64,000 bases of DNA. It comes from Eledone cirrhosa (Eukaryota). The stretch spans positions 84,816,001-84,880,000 of the forward strand of contig OZ024740.1 of the NCBI GenBank assembly GCA_964016885.1, in the 5' to 3' direction. Below are positions 1 through 12,793 of the stretch, one piece after another (position 1 is the stretch's first letter; each line of letters begins with the position of its first letter). The notes beneath the pieces are model-generated. The model saw only the letters and a list, made by a program, of their open reading frames with translations, searched no databases and was not told the DNA's origin. Made by a program: the position numbers and the translations under genes.

Positions 1-311
1 ATAATTCTTAGTCTTTCTCTTTTTAGATAGATACATAGATATAACGTTGCGCTTTTATAATATCTGTCTGTATGCCTAGATGTCTGCATTACGACATTAT
101 GACACAGTGTGTGTGTGTGTATATATTTATATATAGTGTGTGTATATATTTATATATAGTGTGTGTATATATTTATATATAGTGTGTGTATATATAGTGT
201 GTAACGTTTTTCGAAATATTTACTTCTGCGTTCACAGATTGATTTTTTTAGTTTCAGAAGATCCCGTTAAGGGTGAAAGCAGCGATTCTTTACTTAAACT
301 TTAATCTGTTA

Positions 312-339
<28 letters not shown>

Positions 340-347
<8 letters not shown>

Positions 348-494
348 TATATTCGTGTACAGATATTTTTGCATACACAATAACAAAATATAAACAAACG
401 CATTTATTTCACGAGGCTCGATAAGGATAAATATATACCAAATAGATAAGAACCCTAGAACAAATCCCAAGCAATGCCGGGCCATTCTGCTAGT
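340..494 (+). mobile_element. Helitron-like 3' end (inverted homolog at 11080-11240; similar end at 16744-16772)
   Basis: Ends cccaagcaatgccgggccattctgCTAGt. Matching TC-start 5' ends (tctatatat..aaaac..tgtctgt) at about 11241 (+), 12654 (-) and 12952 (+). Confidence 0.55.
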
Positions 495-1368
495 AAATAA
501 TATCAATATCTCATAGATTCAGTATTATGTGAGATAAAACCTTTACCGTGAAAACACTATAGTATATATATATAGTAAATGCTAAAGGGCTAAGGTATTT
601 TCTTCAAAAATATCTAATAAGATAAGGATGGCTCTTTTGTACCAGGCAGATGCAATGTTTATTTATTTTTACACACATTAAACTTAAATGTTGTTTACAT
701 TGAAAGTATGATGGTTGCCATCAAGAGAGATAACGCCCAAGGAAGTAAACTGAATAGAGATAGGTAGGAAGAGAGAAAAAAATCCAATTCAAAATCAGAA
801 CAAAACATTCAACAAAGAAAAAAGTGAGATTTTGAGAGAAAATAGTAACATTAACTCGAACATTCATTACTATACAGTAAAAAACAAGTTTTGACCAAAT
901 AAACGAAAGGAAGAAAACAGCAACAGATAAAAGGCAAGCAGTTAACACAAAGTGACTGGCCGAGAAAATATATTCTTGGCAGAGTTATATAATGAAGCAA
1001 GCTGCAGGTGACCATGTCTTGATCATACAAAACCGTTTCTGGCTTGTTTTCTACAGCTGGATGCCCTTCCTAATGCCAACCACATTTACAGTGTGTGCTG
1101 GGTGCTTTATGAGGTGACACCTACATGACCACCTTACAGTGTGCATTGGTCGTTTCTTTTTGTCATGTCTCCTACACAACCACTTTACAGTATTGACTGG
1201 GTGCTTTTTGTCGTGACACCTACATGACCACATTACGATGTGGGCTGGGTGCTTTTTGTCATGACTCCTACATGACTACTTTACATATTCTAAACCATAT
1301 ACACACACAGCATAACTACACTGTAATATCATACATATTAAATATACAATAGTCAATACACTAATAAC

Positions 1369-1555
1369 TGTTTCTACTTTTGGCACAAGGCCAGCAATTA
1401 CCCAGTTCATTACTGGTACTTTATTTTATCGACCCTGTAAGGATGAAAGGCAAAGTCAACCTCGGCGGGATTTGAACTCAGATCGTAAAGGGACGTAACT
1501 ATGTTGGAAAGCATGGCGTCCGACCCGCCACCGATACTGCCAATCCACTGCCCCT
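1369..1555 (-). mobile_element. tRNA-derived SINE (Nin/Deu-like core) with 17-bp TSD
   Basis: A-box TGGCAGTATCGG and B-box GAGTTCAAATCC, then GACTTTGCCTTTCATCCTT...GGGTCGATAAAATAAAGTACCAG. TSD GTCAATACACTAATAAC at 1352-1368 and 1556-1572. Confidence 0.85.
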
Positions 1556-2288
1556 GTCAATACACTAATAACATTGCAATAACATACATGTCAAACAATG
1601 CTACATAACGTTAATAATACTGAGTAATGAATGACATGTATTAACACATATTGGTAACATATGCTAGCACACACACACATACAGCCATACACACACACGC
1701 ACACTTACAATCATCATCATCGTCATCTTATAGCCCTTTTCCACACTGGCATGGGTTGAATGAGTTTCATGGGTTGTCACAGTCTGAAACTAGATAGGTC
1801 AGATCAACCCATCTTGTTCATACATTCCATATTTGGCATGTTTTCTATGATTAGATGCCCTTCCTAATGCTAACCACCTTACAGAGTGTACTGGGTGTGT
1901 TTTTTCATGGTACCACTGCTACAACTTTACAGAGTGCACTGGGTACAATTTTTTGTGGTACCAACATTAACACTTTACAAAGTGTACCAGTTATATTATA
2001 TCATGGCACCAGCACTAGAGAAATTGTGCTCATCCTCACTGAAGGGCACTCTCAAACCCATCAAATCCCGCCGAGGTTGACTTTGCCTTTCATCCTTACG
2101 GGGTCGATAAAATAAAGTACCAGTAATGAACTGAGTAATTGCTGGCCTTGTGCCTAAAGTAGAAACAAATATTGTCTCCAATTACTGATGCTGTAGCCTC
2201 TAATTACTCACTACATTTACTTTTTATGTTACAGTGCTTGTACACTATTGAATAAAACAAAAACAAGAAATGTGATCCAGAAACTTAC

Positions 2289-2395
2289 ATAGATTTAGCT
2301 TGCTGCCATGTTTTTCCCCATACATAAACTCCATGTCTTCGGACAAGGACAGCACATGTTTCTGGATAATCCTGCATAGCTCGAGCCATGGCATC
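2289..2395 (-). CDS. APIP: APIP coding exon 7: [35 protein letters not shown](M)
   Basis: Third Zn-ligand motif [13 protein letters not shown]. ctgcag acceptor, gtaagt donor, 107 nt. The final exon (CECYDYLF-like) was not found in 1-2288, so the gene probably continues left of the window. Confidence 0.96.
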
Positions 2396-2493
2396 CTGCA
2401 GAAGCAATGAAAATATATGAAAGGTAATGATGGAAATCTTCCAGATTATTGACTTTATGAACCTCTGTCAATTTCAATAAGTGTTTCAGGTGT

Positions 2494-2709
2494 TTAACCC
2501 TTTAGCATTTAAACCTGCTGGAATTCTCTTACCTCTTTCTGTCAAACCAGCTATAACTGGCCACTCATACTGATGTTAAGGTATTGTTCTCAAAATAAAT
2601 AATATCAAAATCTCATAGATTTAATATTATGTGAGATTATTATGTGAGGTAGTGTTTACCGTGAAAATATAATAGTAAATATAGAGTAATGAAAATGCTA
2701 AAGGATTAA
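2494..2709. mobile_element. piggyBac-type MITE (TTAA TSD, CCCTTTAGCATTT TIR)
   Basis: TTAA-CCCTTTAGCATTT...AAATGCTAAAGGA-TTAA. Related copies at 35962-36181 and 37638-37863, and partial copies near 495-590, 11970-12101, 32840-32947 and 48800-49000. Confidence 0.75.
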
Positions 2710-4957
2710 TCAACAGCATGCTCATGAAATTAACTTGTAAATGTCTGAGCATTCTACAGACACATGTACCATTAATGTAATTCTGAGAGATTCATCATGA
2801 CACAATGTGTGACAAAGCTAGCCCTTTGAATTACAGGTACAATCCATCTGACAGGCTTCCAAACAATTTCTGTCTTCCAATCTTATCTAGTCATTAAATA
2901 AATATGTAAGTGGTTGAGTATTCCATAAACATGTGTACTCAGGCAGAATCAGTGTGATACAAATTATGACAAAGATAGTACAATCCATCCAACAGGCTTC
3001 CACACAATTTCTGCCTACCCAATTTCATTCACAGGTTTGGGTGGATCTGAAGCTATGGTAAAGTTACTTACCCATGATGCCACACTGTGGGATCAAGGCT
3101 AATGACACTTGCCTAAGATATCATGTGGTGGGATTGAAATTGGGACCTAATGATTGTGAAGCAAACTTCTTAACCATTCAGCCATATTACATCCTCAACC
3201 TTTTATATACAATATTTATAGCTACACTACAATTCGATGGTTTAAGCTTTAATCATTATCATCAAATGTATTATTCTAGAATATGCACATGACAGAGTAG
3301 TTAAAAAGTTTTCTTCACAATCACGAGGTTCCAGGCTTGATCCCAGTGTGGCATCATGAGTAACATTACCATAGCCTCAGATCCATCCAAGCCTGTAAGT
3401 GAAATTGGGTAGGCAGAAATAGCTTAAACTATTGAATTGTAGTGTAGCTATAAATATTGTATATAAAAGGTTGAGGGTGTAATATGGCTGAATGGTTAAG
3501 AAGTTTGCTTCACAATCATTAGGTCCCAGTTTCAATCCCACCACATGATATCTTGGGCAAGTGTCATTAGGCTTGATCCCACAGTGTGGCATCATGAGTA
3601 AGTAACTTTACCGTAGCCTCAAATCTATTCAGGCCTGTAAGTGAAATTGGGGAGGCAGAAATTGTGTGGAAGCCTGTTAGATGGATTGTATTAGTGTCTA
3701 TCTATGCCAGAATGATTCTGCCTGAGTACATGTGTTTATTGAATACTCAACCACTTACACATTTATTTAATGAGTAGAATAATCAATTACTAGAACAACT
3801 GACTTATCATCGAAACTGATGGAGGATCTATTATATGGTTCCATACTGGATTAAAATTGGTAACTTTTTATCCATACTTTGGATTCTTACACTATGTTTA
3901 AAAATAGAGCTTCTTTGTTTGAATTCTGTTTGGGACCATATACATATTGAGAGAGGTGATGAGTTGGCAGAGATGTTAAGAAGTCAGATAGAAATCCTTG
4001 CAATATTTATTTTGGTTGTTTGTACTCTGAGTTCAAATCTCACCAAGGTTAAATTTGCCTTTCATCCTTTCAAGGTTAATAAATAAAGTACCAGTTTATT
4101 GTGATGAATTGGCAGAATTTTTAGAGCATCAAACCAGATGCCTTGTTGTATTCTGAGTTCAAATTCCACATAGGAATTCAAATCCCATCCATAGCCAGAG
4201 CTAATCACTCAACCATGAGACTACAACTGATTGTGAAATCTGCAATGGAAGGAGAAAGATTGTGACCATCTACTACTGCAGTCAAACCATGATGATACAT
4301 ATATACATATATACAGCAGACGTTTTGAGAATAGCTATCATTAAGCAAGTTTAATTTTTTACCTTAACCTTTCTTCAAACATATTTCTCATAAACTACTG
4401 CCTGTAATTTTATATAAAGTTTGAAAATAATCAAGAATATAGAGGAATTTTGTAATATAACTAACTTTTTAAGATTAAATTTGTGTTTGGAACATAACTT
4501 ACAGGTATTTACATAAAATTATAATGGCAGGGTCAATTTCAGGCAGTTTAAAATCAAAAGCATTAAAGATTTGTTCCTCTGAAATGACTTAATAAGAACT
4601 TGAATCCAGTTTAATACCTTGTCATAATGTATGGTCTCCCAAAAGTATTTCAATTTAAAAGATTACCAACAAAAATCTGAAACTTGTCTCTACTCTCAAT
4701 TTAAGGATTTTTTTCAGATGCCAATTAGATAGCTTCATCTGCATGTGTGATCTACTTCAAGTTTTAAAAGAACAAAGGAGTCTATATATGGTTACTCAGC
4801 TAACTAGAAATAGCGGCTAAATAATTTGAATTATATCCTATCATCTTAAAAAAGATAGGATGGTCATGGATGAAAACATCTTTGATCATAGGTCTACTGA
4901 ATCAGATCTGACCTAGGGTTCAACAACAACAACCTTAAAACCGCTGGAATGTCTTAC

Positions 4958-5031
4958 CTTAAGATCCCGTTCCTCTGGAGTATTTTCAATTATAGGGACA
5001 ACTAACAAGTCATTGTACCGATAATTAACAT
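4958..5031 (-). CDS. APIP: APIP coding exon 6: (N)VNYRYNDLLVVPIIENTPEERDLK
   Basis: Matches YRYDD.LVVPIIENTPEE.DLK. cttcag acceptor, gtaaga donor, 74 nt, phase 1 to 0. Confidence 0.96.
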
Positions 5032-5130
5032 CTGAAGTCAATAAAATATCTTCATTAAAGTATAAAATTATAATTTACAGTAAAGGCATAGCTATAGAAA
5101 CAGATTAGACTATATATATGTGTGTGTGTG

Positions 5131-5941
5131 TGGATCCCAGGTTCAATCGGGGGTAACCACAGTAAGTAAGATACTCAATACATAGCAGAATATAAATAAT
5201 TAACATAGAAATGGCTTCTACAGGACTAGAACTGTTTCATTCAAAGGAAATCACCAGGAAATCCCTTTTTAAACAGTCTAACTGACGGTTTGTTAAGGAA
5301 ATTCCCCTTGTGGTCTTTCAGGGTAAAGTGCGGGGTCTTTACCATTAAGAGTTCAGTTTGGTCATCTAATTTAAGGGACTTTGCAAGCTCTTTTGCAACT
5401 CAATGCCAACTCGTCCACTTTTTTGTAAGTGGTCGTGATTGCATTTTTTGCCAGCTTCTTATAGGTTTGTAAGTCCACCACATATAGGTTTTTAGTTTTA
5501 TCAGAGGGAACATGGAGATTGGGGGAACTTTTCATTTTCCGCATTTCGTCTTTTAGATAGGCCTGGAATGGTGTGTTGGCTCTCCAAAAATGTATGTCTC
5601 TGATCATTTTGAAGAGATCTTCCTCAAATGATTCAAGTAGGCTGTTGGTGGGTGGTGCCTTATTCATTTTGAAGCCGAACTTCTCATCATTGGTAGATGC
5701 TACATCAGGGTGGTGGAAGAAGAAGGCTCTCCATCTAATACACTTAATGAACTCGTCTGTACGTCTGATGAGTGTTTTTAAGTACTGTTTCCTTGGGGGC
5801 ATCGGGATATTCTTCATGGAAATATCCATATCGAGTTTGATCAGCATGGTTTCTTGGTGATGGTTAAAAAGGGGTCAGTAATGTGATGATTTCCTTCGAA
5901 TGAAACAGTTCTAGTCCTGTAGAAGCCATTTCTATATTAAA
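5131..5941 (-). mobile_element. Internally deleted Penelope-like element (N-terminal region to RT motifs 1-2) flanked by inverted pLTR-like repeats
   Basis: ORF 5371-5847 (SMKNIP...IRWRAFFF...FEEDL...PSDKT) continues after a frameshift as ...FTLKDHKGNFLNKPSVRL, typical of PLE RT N-termini. About 55-bp inverted repeats at 5200-5254 and 5886-5940. Confidence 0.8.
5216..5260 (-). ncRNA. Degenerate minimal hammerhead ribozyme in the Penelope pLTR
   Basis: ttc-CTGGTGA-tttcctttgaat-GAAA-CAG-ttctagtc-CTG-TA-gaa. The inverted copy at 5883-5924 has GTGATGA, so the two-copy consensus is CTGATGA. Confidence 0.55.
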
Positions 5942-5950
5942 TATATATAT

Positions 5951-8934
5951 GAAATCCATGGAGGCTATGGGTTTGGTACTAGAAATGAGGAAGGCTCCAG
6001 AATCCTGGAATTCTGTGATGCAAATAACCTAACTATCTGTAACACTAACTTCAAAAAACGTGACAATCACCTCATCACCTATAGATCCGGGGAACACACA
6101 AGCCAGGTAGATTATATCCTTACCTGAAGACGTGACAGAGTGTCTGTTGTAAACACTAAATCCCTCCCCCATGAAGAATGCACCTCCCAACATAGACTGA
6201 TAATTAGCGACCTCATAGTCAGGACGAGACGTACTCGACAGCAGAAGAGGACTATCCTCAGGAGAAAAATATGGAAGCTAAAGGACCCCACAGCCAGAAA
6301 TAAATTTCAAAGCATATTACTTGATGCTTTCGACAGTAAGGAAGAACATTTAGAGTTGGACAATATAGAGGGACAGTGGGAATTTCTGAAAGCAAACCTG
6401 CTGATGGCGACAGACGAAGTCTGTGGCTGGAGCAGGCCTGTAGGCAGGATGAGAGTAACATGGTGTTGGAACAGTAAGGTGGAGGGGTCAATTAAGGCCA
6501 AAAAGCAGGCTTGGAAAGTATGGCGGGATGGGGGAAGTAGAGAAGACTATCAAGTGGCCAGGAGGGAAGCTAGGAGACAAGTGTACTTAGCAAGAAGGGA
6601 AGCTGAGGAAAGAAAGTTCAAGCATGTTCTACAACGCGAGGACCAAAAACGTGAGGTGTTCAGGATTGCTAGGCAATGCGTCAAGGAAAACCGTGATATT
6701 GTCGGGGAGAAGTGTGTACTTAACGATGATGGCATACTTGCCATCGCCGACGCTGATAAGAAGGTAGCTTGGAAGTGTCACTATGAAAGGCTACTAAATG
6801 AGGAGAATAAATGGGAGAATGACAGTCTCCCCCATATCGACCCAATAGAGGGACCAGCAGTGTTAGTCGAGGGGAGTATAATAAGTAAGGCAATCAAGGA
6901 TATGAAGACGGGTAAGGCGGCTGGGCCTTCGGAAATAGTTGCTGAGATGCTGAAGGCATCTGGCACGGTGGGACACACCATGGTCACCCGCATAGTTAAC
7001 CAAGTCGTACAGAATGGGGTTGTTCCGAAGGACTGGCATAGCAGCATCATCGTTAACTGTTATAAGGGTAAAGGAGACGCCCTAGATAGGAGTAACTATA
7101 GAGGCATTAAATTAATCGACCAGGTCATGAAGGTCACGGAAAAAGTAATAGCACAACTAATCAGAGAGAGAATTGACCTAGATGAAATGCAGTTCGGGTT
7201 TGTGTCAGGCAAAAGTACCACAGACGCTCTTTTCATTGTACGACAACTACAGGAGAAGTACCGAGCTAAAGGTAAACCCCTCTACTTAGCCTTTGTCGAC
7301 TTGGAGAAAGCCTTCGACAGAGTCCCCCGCTCCATTATCTGGTGGGCTCTTAGAAAACTAGGCGTTGACGAATGGCTTGTGAGAGCTATACAAGCCATGT
7401 ATAAAGAAACAGTCAGCAAGGTTAGAATTAACAACGAATATAGTGAAGAGTTTAGCGTAAAAGTTGGCGTCCATCAGGGCTCTGTTCTCAGCCCCCTACT
7501 ATTTATTATTGCCCTTCAGGCTATAACAGAGGAGTTCAAGACCGGCTGCCCATGGGAACTCCTATACGCAGACGACCTGACACTCATAGCGGAATCAATG
7601 GCCGAGCTAGAGAAGAAATTCCAAACATGGAAGCACGGCCTAGAATCAAAAGGACTTAAAATTAACCTGGCTAAGACTAAGGTTCTAGTTTGTAGGAAAG
7701 AAAATAAGGCGGCGGTCCCTTCTGGGAAATGGTCGTGCTCGGTGTGTAGGAAAGGCGTAGGTAGAAACTCCATTTTATGTCCTAAATGCAAAGTATGGGT
7801 GCATAAAAGATGTAGTGGGATCACAGGTAAGCTAACTAAGAACATAGATTTTACATGTGGCCGGTGCTCTGGCGCAATAAGTAGCAGCAAGTGCCCACAA
7901 AATACTAGCTCTTTCAATTGCGCAGAGGGTTCTATAGAAATAGTGGACAGCTTCCGTTACCTGGGTGATAAAATCAGCAGTGGGGGAGGGTGCTCTGAAA
8001 GTACAGTAGCTAGAGTCAGAACTGGTTGGAAAAAGTTCAGAGAGCTTATACCACTATTAGCTGCTAAAGGGTTCTCCCTAAAAATGAAAGGCAGGTTGTA
8101 CGATGCCTGCATACGAACAGCAATGTTGCATGGCAGTGAGACCTGGGCATTGTGTGCAGAGGATATACGCAGACTAGAGAGGAACGAAGCTTGCATGCTC
8201 CGCTGGATGTGTAACAGTAATATACGTGAACGGCAAAGCATAAACGAACTAAGGAAAAAATTAGAAATAAGAGGGATCAGATGTTGTTTACTCGAGAGAA
8301 GGCTACGTTGGTATGGACACGTGATGCGCATGAAAGTCAATAGCTGTATAACAAAGTGCAGGGCAATAAAGATAGACGGTAGCCACGGAATAGGCAGACC
8401 TAGAAAAACCTGGGACAAGCTGATAAACTCCGACCTCACACACTTACACCTCTCCAAGACAATGTCACTGGACCGAGACCTTTGGCGGTACTCAGTAACA
8501 GAGAAGACCCGCCTTACCTAAATACATAGTAAAACCTACTACAGCCAGTAGGCATCTCTAACAAAATACCCCCCCCCCCACCCGTCCCACCACCACCACC
8601 ACCACCACCACCCCATCCACACCACCCCGTTCTATGTAAAGTTATGTTGGTGCCACACCATCCAGGCCGAAACAAATGAGATCGTGTAGGTGTCACGACA
8701 AAAAAACACACAGTCCACGCTGTAATGTGACCGTGTAGGCAACACGGTAAAAACCTCCCAGACCCACACTGTAAATGTGGTTGGTGTTAGGAAGGGCATC
8801 CAACTGTAGAAAACCTGCCAGACAGTCCTATGCGAGCAAGACAATCACTCTTGCCTCAAGTGGGACTACCCCCGTCCAAACCCATGCAAGCGTGGAACAC
8901 GGACGTTAAACGTTGATGATGATGATGATGATGT
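5951..8934 (+). mobile_element. 5'-truncated young RTE-clade LINE (APE endonuclease C-terminal part, RT, 3' UTR, (GAT)n tail)
   Basis: Frame from 5951 reads EIHGGYGFGTRNEEG...QVDYILT*RR (single TGA at 6125-6127) and continues into ORF 6140-8521 with YRGIKL, QFGF, FVDLEKAFD, GVHQGSVLSP, LYADD, FRYLG and RRLRWYGHVMR. Ends in gatgatgat and is flanked by (TA)n. Confidence 0.95.
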
Positions 8935-9314
8935 ATATATATATATATATACATACATACATATATATCATCATCATCATCATTTCATTTTACGTCCGCT
9001 TTTTCCCTACTTGCAAGGGTGGGATGGGAACTGATTCTGGCTTGATTTCTACAGCTGGATGCCCTTCCTAAGACCAACCTCATTTACAGTGAGTGCTGAG
9101 TGCTTTTTTGCCATGGCACCTCCGCGACCACTTTGCAGTGGAATGATATGGACCCCAGTCCCTATCATCTCATTTCTACAGCTGAGTAAACTGGAGTAAA
9201 ATGTAAAATAAAGTGTCTTGCTCAAGGAAATAACACATCACCCGGTCTGACAATTGAACTCACAACCTTTCGATTGCAAGGCCAATACTCTAACCACTAA
9301 GCCATGTGCCTCCA

Positions 9315-9890
<576 letters not shown>

Positions 9891-10628
9891 AAAAGGTGAA
9901 GTTGGAAATAGCACAGAAAATACATTTTAGGGTCTGTTTTTCTTTTTTTTCCTTTCTTTGATTCGTAAAAGTTACATTATTGAAAAGATGACATTATTGA
10001 AAAAATGAGAGGGACAATTCTTTTAAAAAAGAGTTTTATAATGTATATAATGTATATAAAGTATTACCGGTTTTGATGTATTATTAATATTCATCTTATC
10101 AAATGTTGAGTATTACAATTAAAAAGAATTAATAGGACTTAAAAACTAAACAACTAGACAACTACCAAAACTGCTGCTACTATCATGACTACACACCTCT
10201 CTCTATATATACACAAGAACTCATTCTCCAGTTCACTTCTGAGCAAGGAAGATGGGAAAAAAACTTTCTCCAACACTTAATTATAAATCTTTAATTTTTA
10301 GTTTTTAAGTCCTGTTAATTCTTTTTAATTGTAATACTCAACATTTGATAAGATGAATTTTAATAATACATCAAAACTGGTAATACTTTATATACTTTAT
10401 ATACATTATAAAACTCTTTTTTAAAAGAATTGTCCCTCTCATTTTTTCAATAATGTCATCTTTTCAATAATATCACTTTGACGAATCAAAGAAAGGTAAA
10501 AAAAAGAAAAACAGACCCTAAAATATATTTTCCGTGCTATTTCCAACTTCACCTTTTCTCTATATCCACTGCTTTGTATAGAACCTTACTTCCCTTTTCT
10601 AGTATATATATATATATATAATATTATT

Positions 10629-10806
10629 ATTGGCAGTATCGGTAGAGGGTCGGACGCCATGCTTTCTAGCATAGTTACGTCCCTTTACGATCTGAGTTCA
10701 AATCCCGCCGAGGTTGACTTTGCCTTTCATCCTTACGGGGTCGATAAAATAAAGTACCAGTAATGCACTGGGTAATTACTGGCCTTGTGCCTAAAGTAGA
10801 AACAAT
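10629..10806 (+). mobile_element. Same tRNA-derived SINE family
   Basis: Near-identical to the reverse complement of 1369-1555. Confidence 0.85.
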
Positions 10807-11789
10807 TATTAAAGTGAAAAAAAAGTTGGTTGATCAAATAATCTACCGACTTTAGTCATAAACAAATGTAAAGCACTCTAGGACTTGTGTTCCTTAAAGT
10901 ATTATCAATAAGGTATCAACCAGAGTGCCAATATTATAAAGGTGGTTTTAAAAGTACATCCTCTATTTATTGTATAGTCTTGTTATACATATTTCGAAGA
11001 CGTCTTTGAAATACATATAACAAGATTATACAAAAAATAGAAGCTGTCCATTTAAAACCATCCCACTTCTTTATAATATACTAGCAGAATGGCTCGGCGT
11101 TACTCGGGAATTGCTCTAGGGTTCTTATATATTTGATATATATTTATCCTTATTGAGCCTCGTGAAATAAATACGTTTATTTATATTTTGTTATTGTGTA
11201 TGCAAAAATATCTGTACACGAATATATAATTATATATATATCTATATATCTAAAACAGAGAATGTCTGTCTGTTGTCAGCTCACTAAAACTTGAGAACCA
11301 CCCAACCGATTGTTTTCAAACTTTACACATGTAATACTTATGGTCCTGTGAGTGTTTTGAGAAAAAATATTTCAAATTTTCAATGCCCTAGGGACCGCAT
11401 TAGGTGATTTAGCGATCTCTCTCTATAATTCTTAGTCTTTCTTTTTAGATAGATACATAGATATAACGTTGTGCCCTTATAATTGTTTCTACTTTAGGCA
11501 CAAGGCCAGCAATTACCCAGTGCATTACTGGTACTTTATTTTATCGACCCTGTAAGGATGAAAAGCAAAGTCAACCCTTATAATATATGTCTGGCTGTCT
11601 GCATTACGTCATTATGACACGATCAGTGTGTGTGTGTGTGTGTGTACATATATGTATCGTAATGCAGACAGCAAGACATATAGCTTTCCTTCCCCTCTTC
11701 CAGCGTCTCTCTCTCTCTCTCCCGCTATCCCCCTCTTTTAGTCTGTCTGTTTCTTTCACTCTCACTCTTTCTCTTTATAACTCACTCAC

Positions 11790-11966
11790 ATTGGCAGTAT
11801 CGGTAGAGGGTCGGACGCCATGCTTTCCAGCATAGTTACATCCCTTTACGATCTGAGTTCAAATCCCGCCGAGGTTGACTTTGCCTTTCGTCCTTATGGG
11901 GTCGATAAAATAAAGTACCAGTAATGTACTGGGTAATTGCTGGCCTGTGCCTAAAGTAGAAACAAT
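11790..11966 (+). mobile_element. Same tRNA-derived SINE family
   Basis: Near-identical to 10629-10806. Confidence 0.85.
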
Positions 11967-12756
11967 TAATACTAAAGGGTTAAGGTATTGTTCTCAAAAT
12001 AAATAATATTAAATCTATGAGATTTTTATCTTATGTGAGATAAAGTCTTTACCATGAAAATAATATAGTATATATAGAGTAATGTAAATGCTAAAGGGTT
12101 AATTCCATCAGACCATGTGAGAGAGTTTATAATCACTCACACACACATACACACTCACGCATGCAAACGCACACAAACTCACACACACACGCGTGCACGT
12201 ACACACACACACAATAGTTATTCCACTGTCACATATATTTGACGCATGCAACTCTCAAAAGACGGCGTCTGTCACTCTCTCTCTCTCTCCCGCTATCCCC
12301 CTCTTTTAGTCTGTCTGTTTCTTTCACTCTCACTCTTTCTCTCTGTAACTCGTTCACATTTCTCCCCTCTATCGAAAAACGCTGTGACGAATGGGGAGAA
12401 GGAGGAAGAGGAGTAGAGACCCACTTCTTCACTTCTCCTCTCCGTTTCTTTCTCTCCCCTCTCACTCCCTCATTATGTACAGACATTGGCCACTTCACTA
12501 ATTCGATCCCTAGGTCAGAATAATTTGAAATTTTTTTTTGTTCAAAACACTTCCGGGGCCATACGGGTTACATGTGTAAAGTTTGAAAAAAAACGGTTTG
12601 GTACTTCTCGAGTTTTCGGGAAACAGACAGACATCCTCTGTTTTATATAAATGAGATTTTTTTAATGAAAAAAACGAGATGTCTTACACGAGTGAAAGTA
12701 TAAGGAAAAGAAATTGAAAATACAACTGGAGTCTTTTTAAGAATATTTATTTGTTT

Positions 12757-12793
12757 CCTTTACCGGTTTCACAGTTCTTATGTTTTTCAAAAG
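12757..12793 (-). ncRNA. Degenerate minimal hammerhead ribozyme remnant
   Basis: ctt-TTGAAAA-aca-taagaac-tgt-GAAAC-CG-GTA-aag, with palindromic ACCGGT helix III and a following AATAAA. The CTGANGA box carries two mismatches. Confidence 0.45.

Noticed and set aside
6258-8457. Antisense ORFs overlapping the RTE (and 54180-54458 over the pogo ORF)
   Set aside because: Shadow frames of real coding sequence, with no independent motifs.
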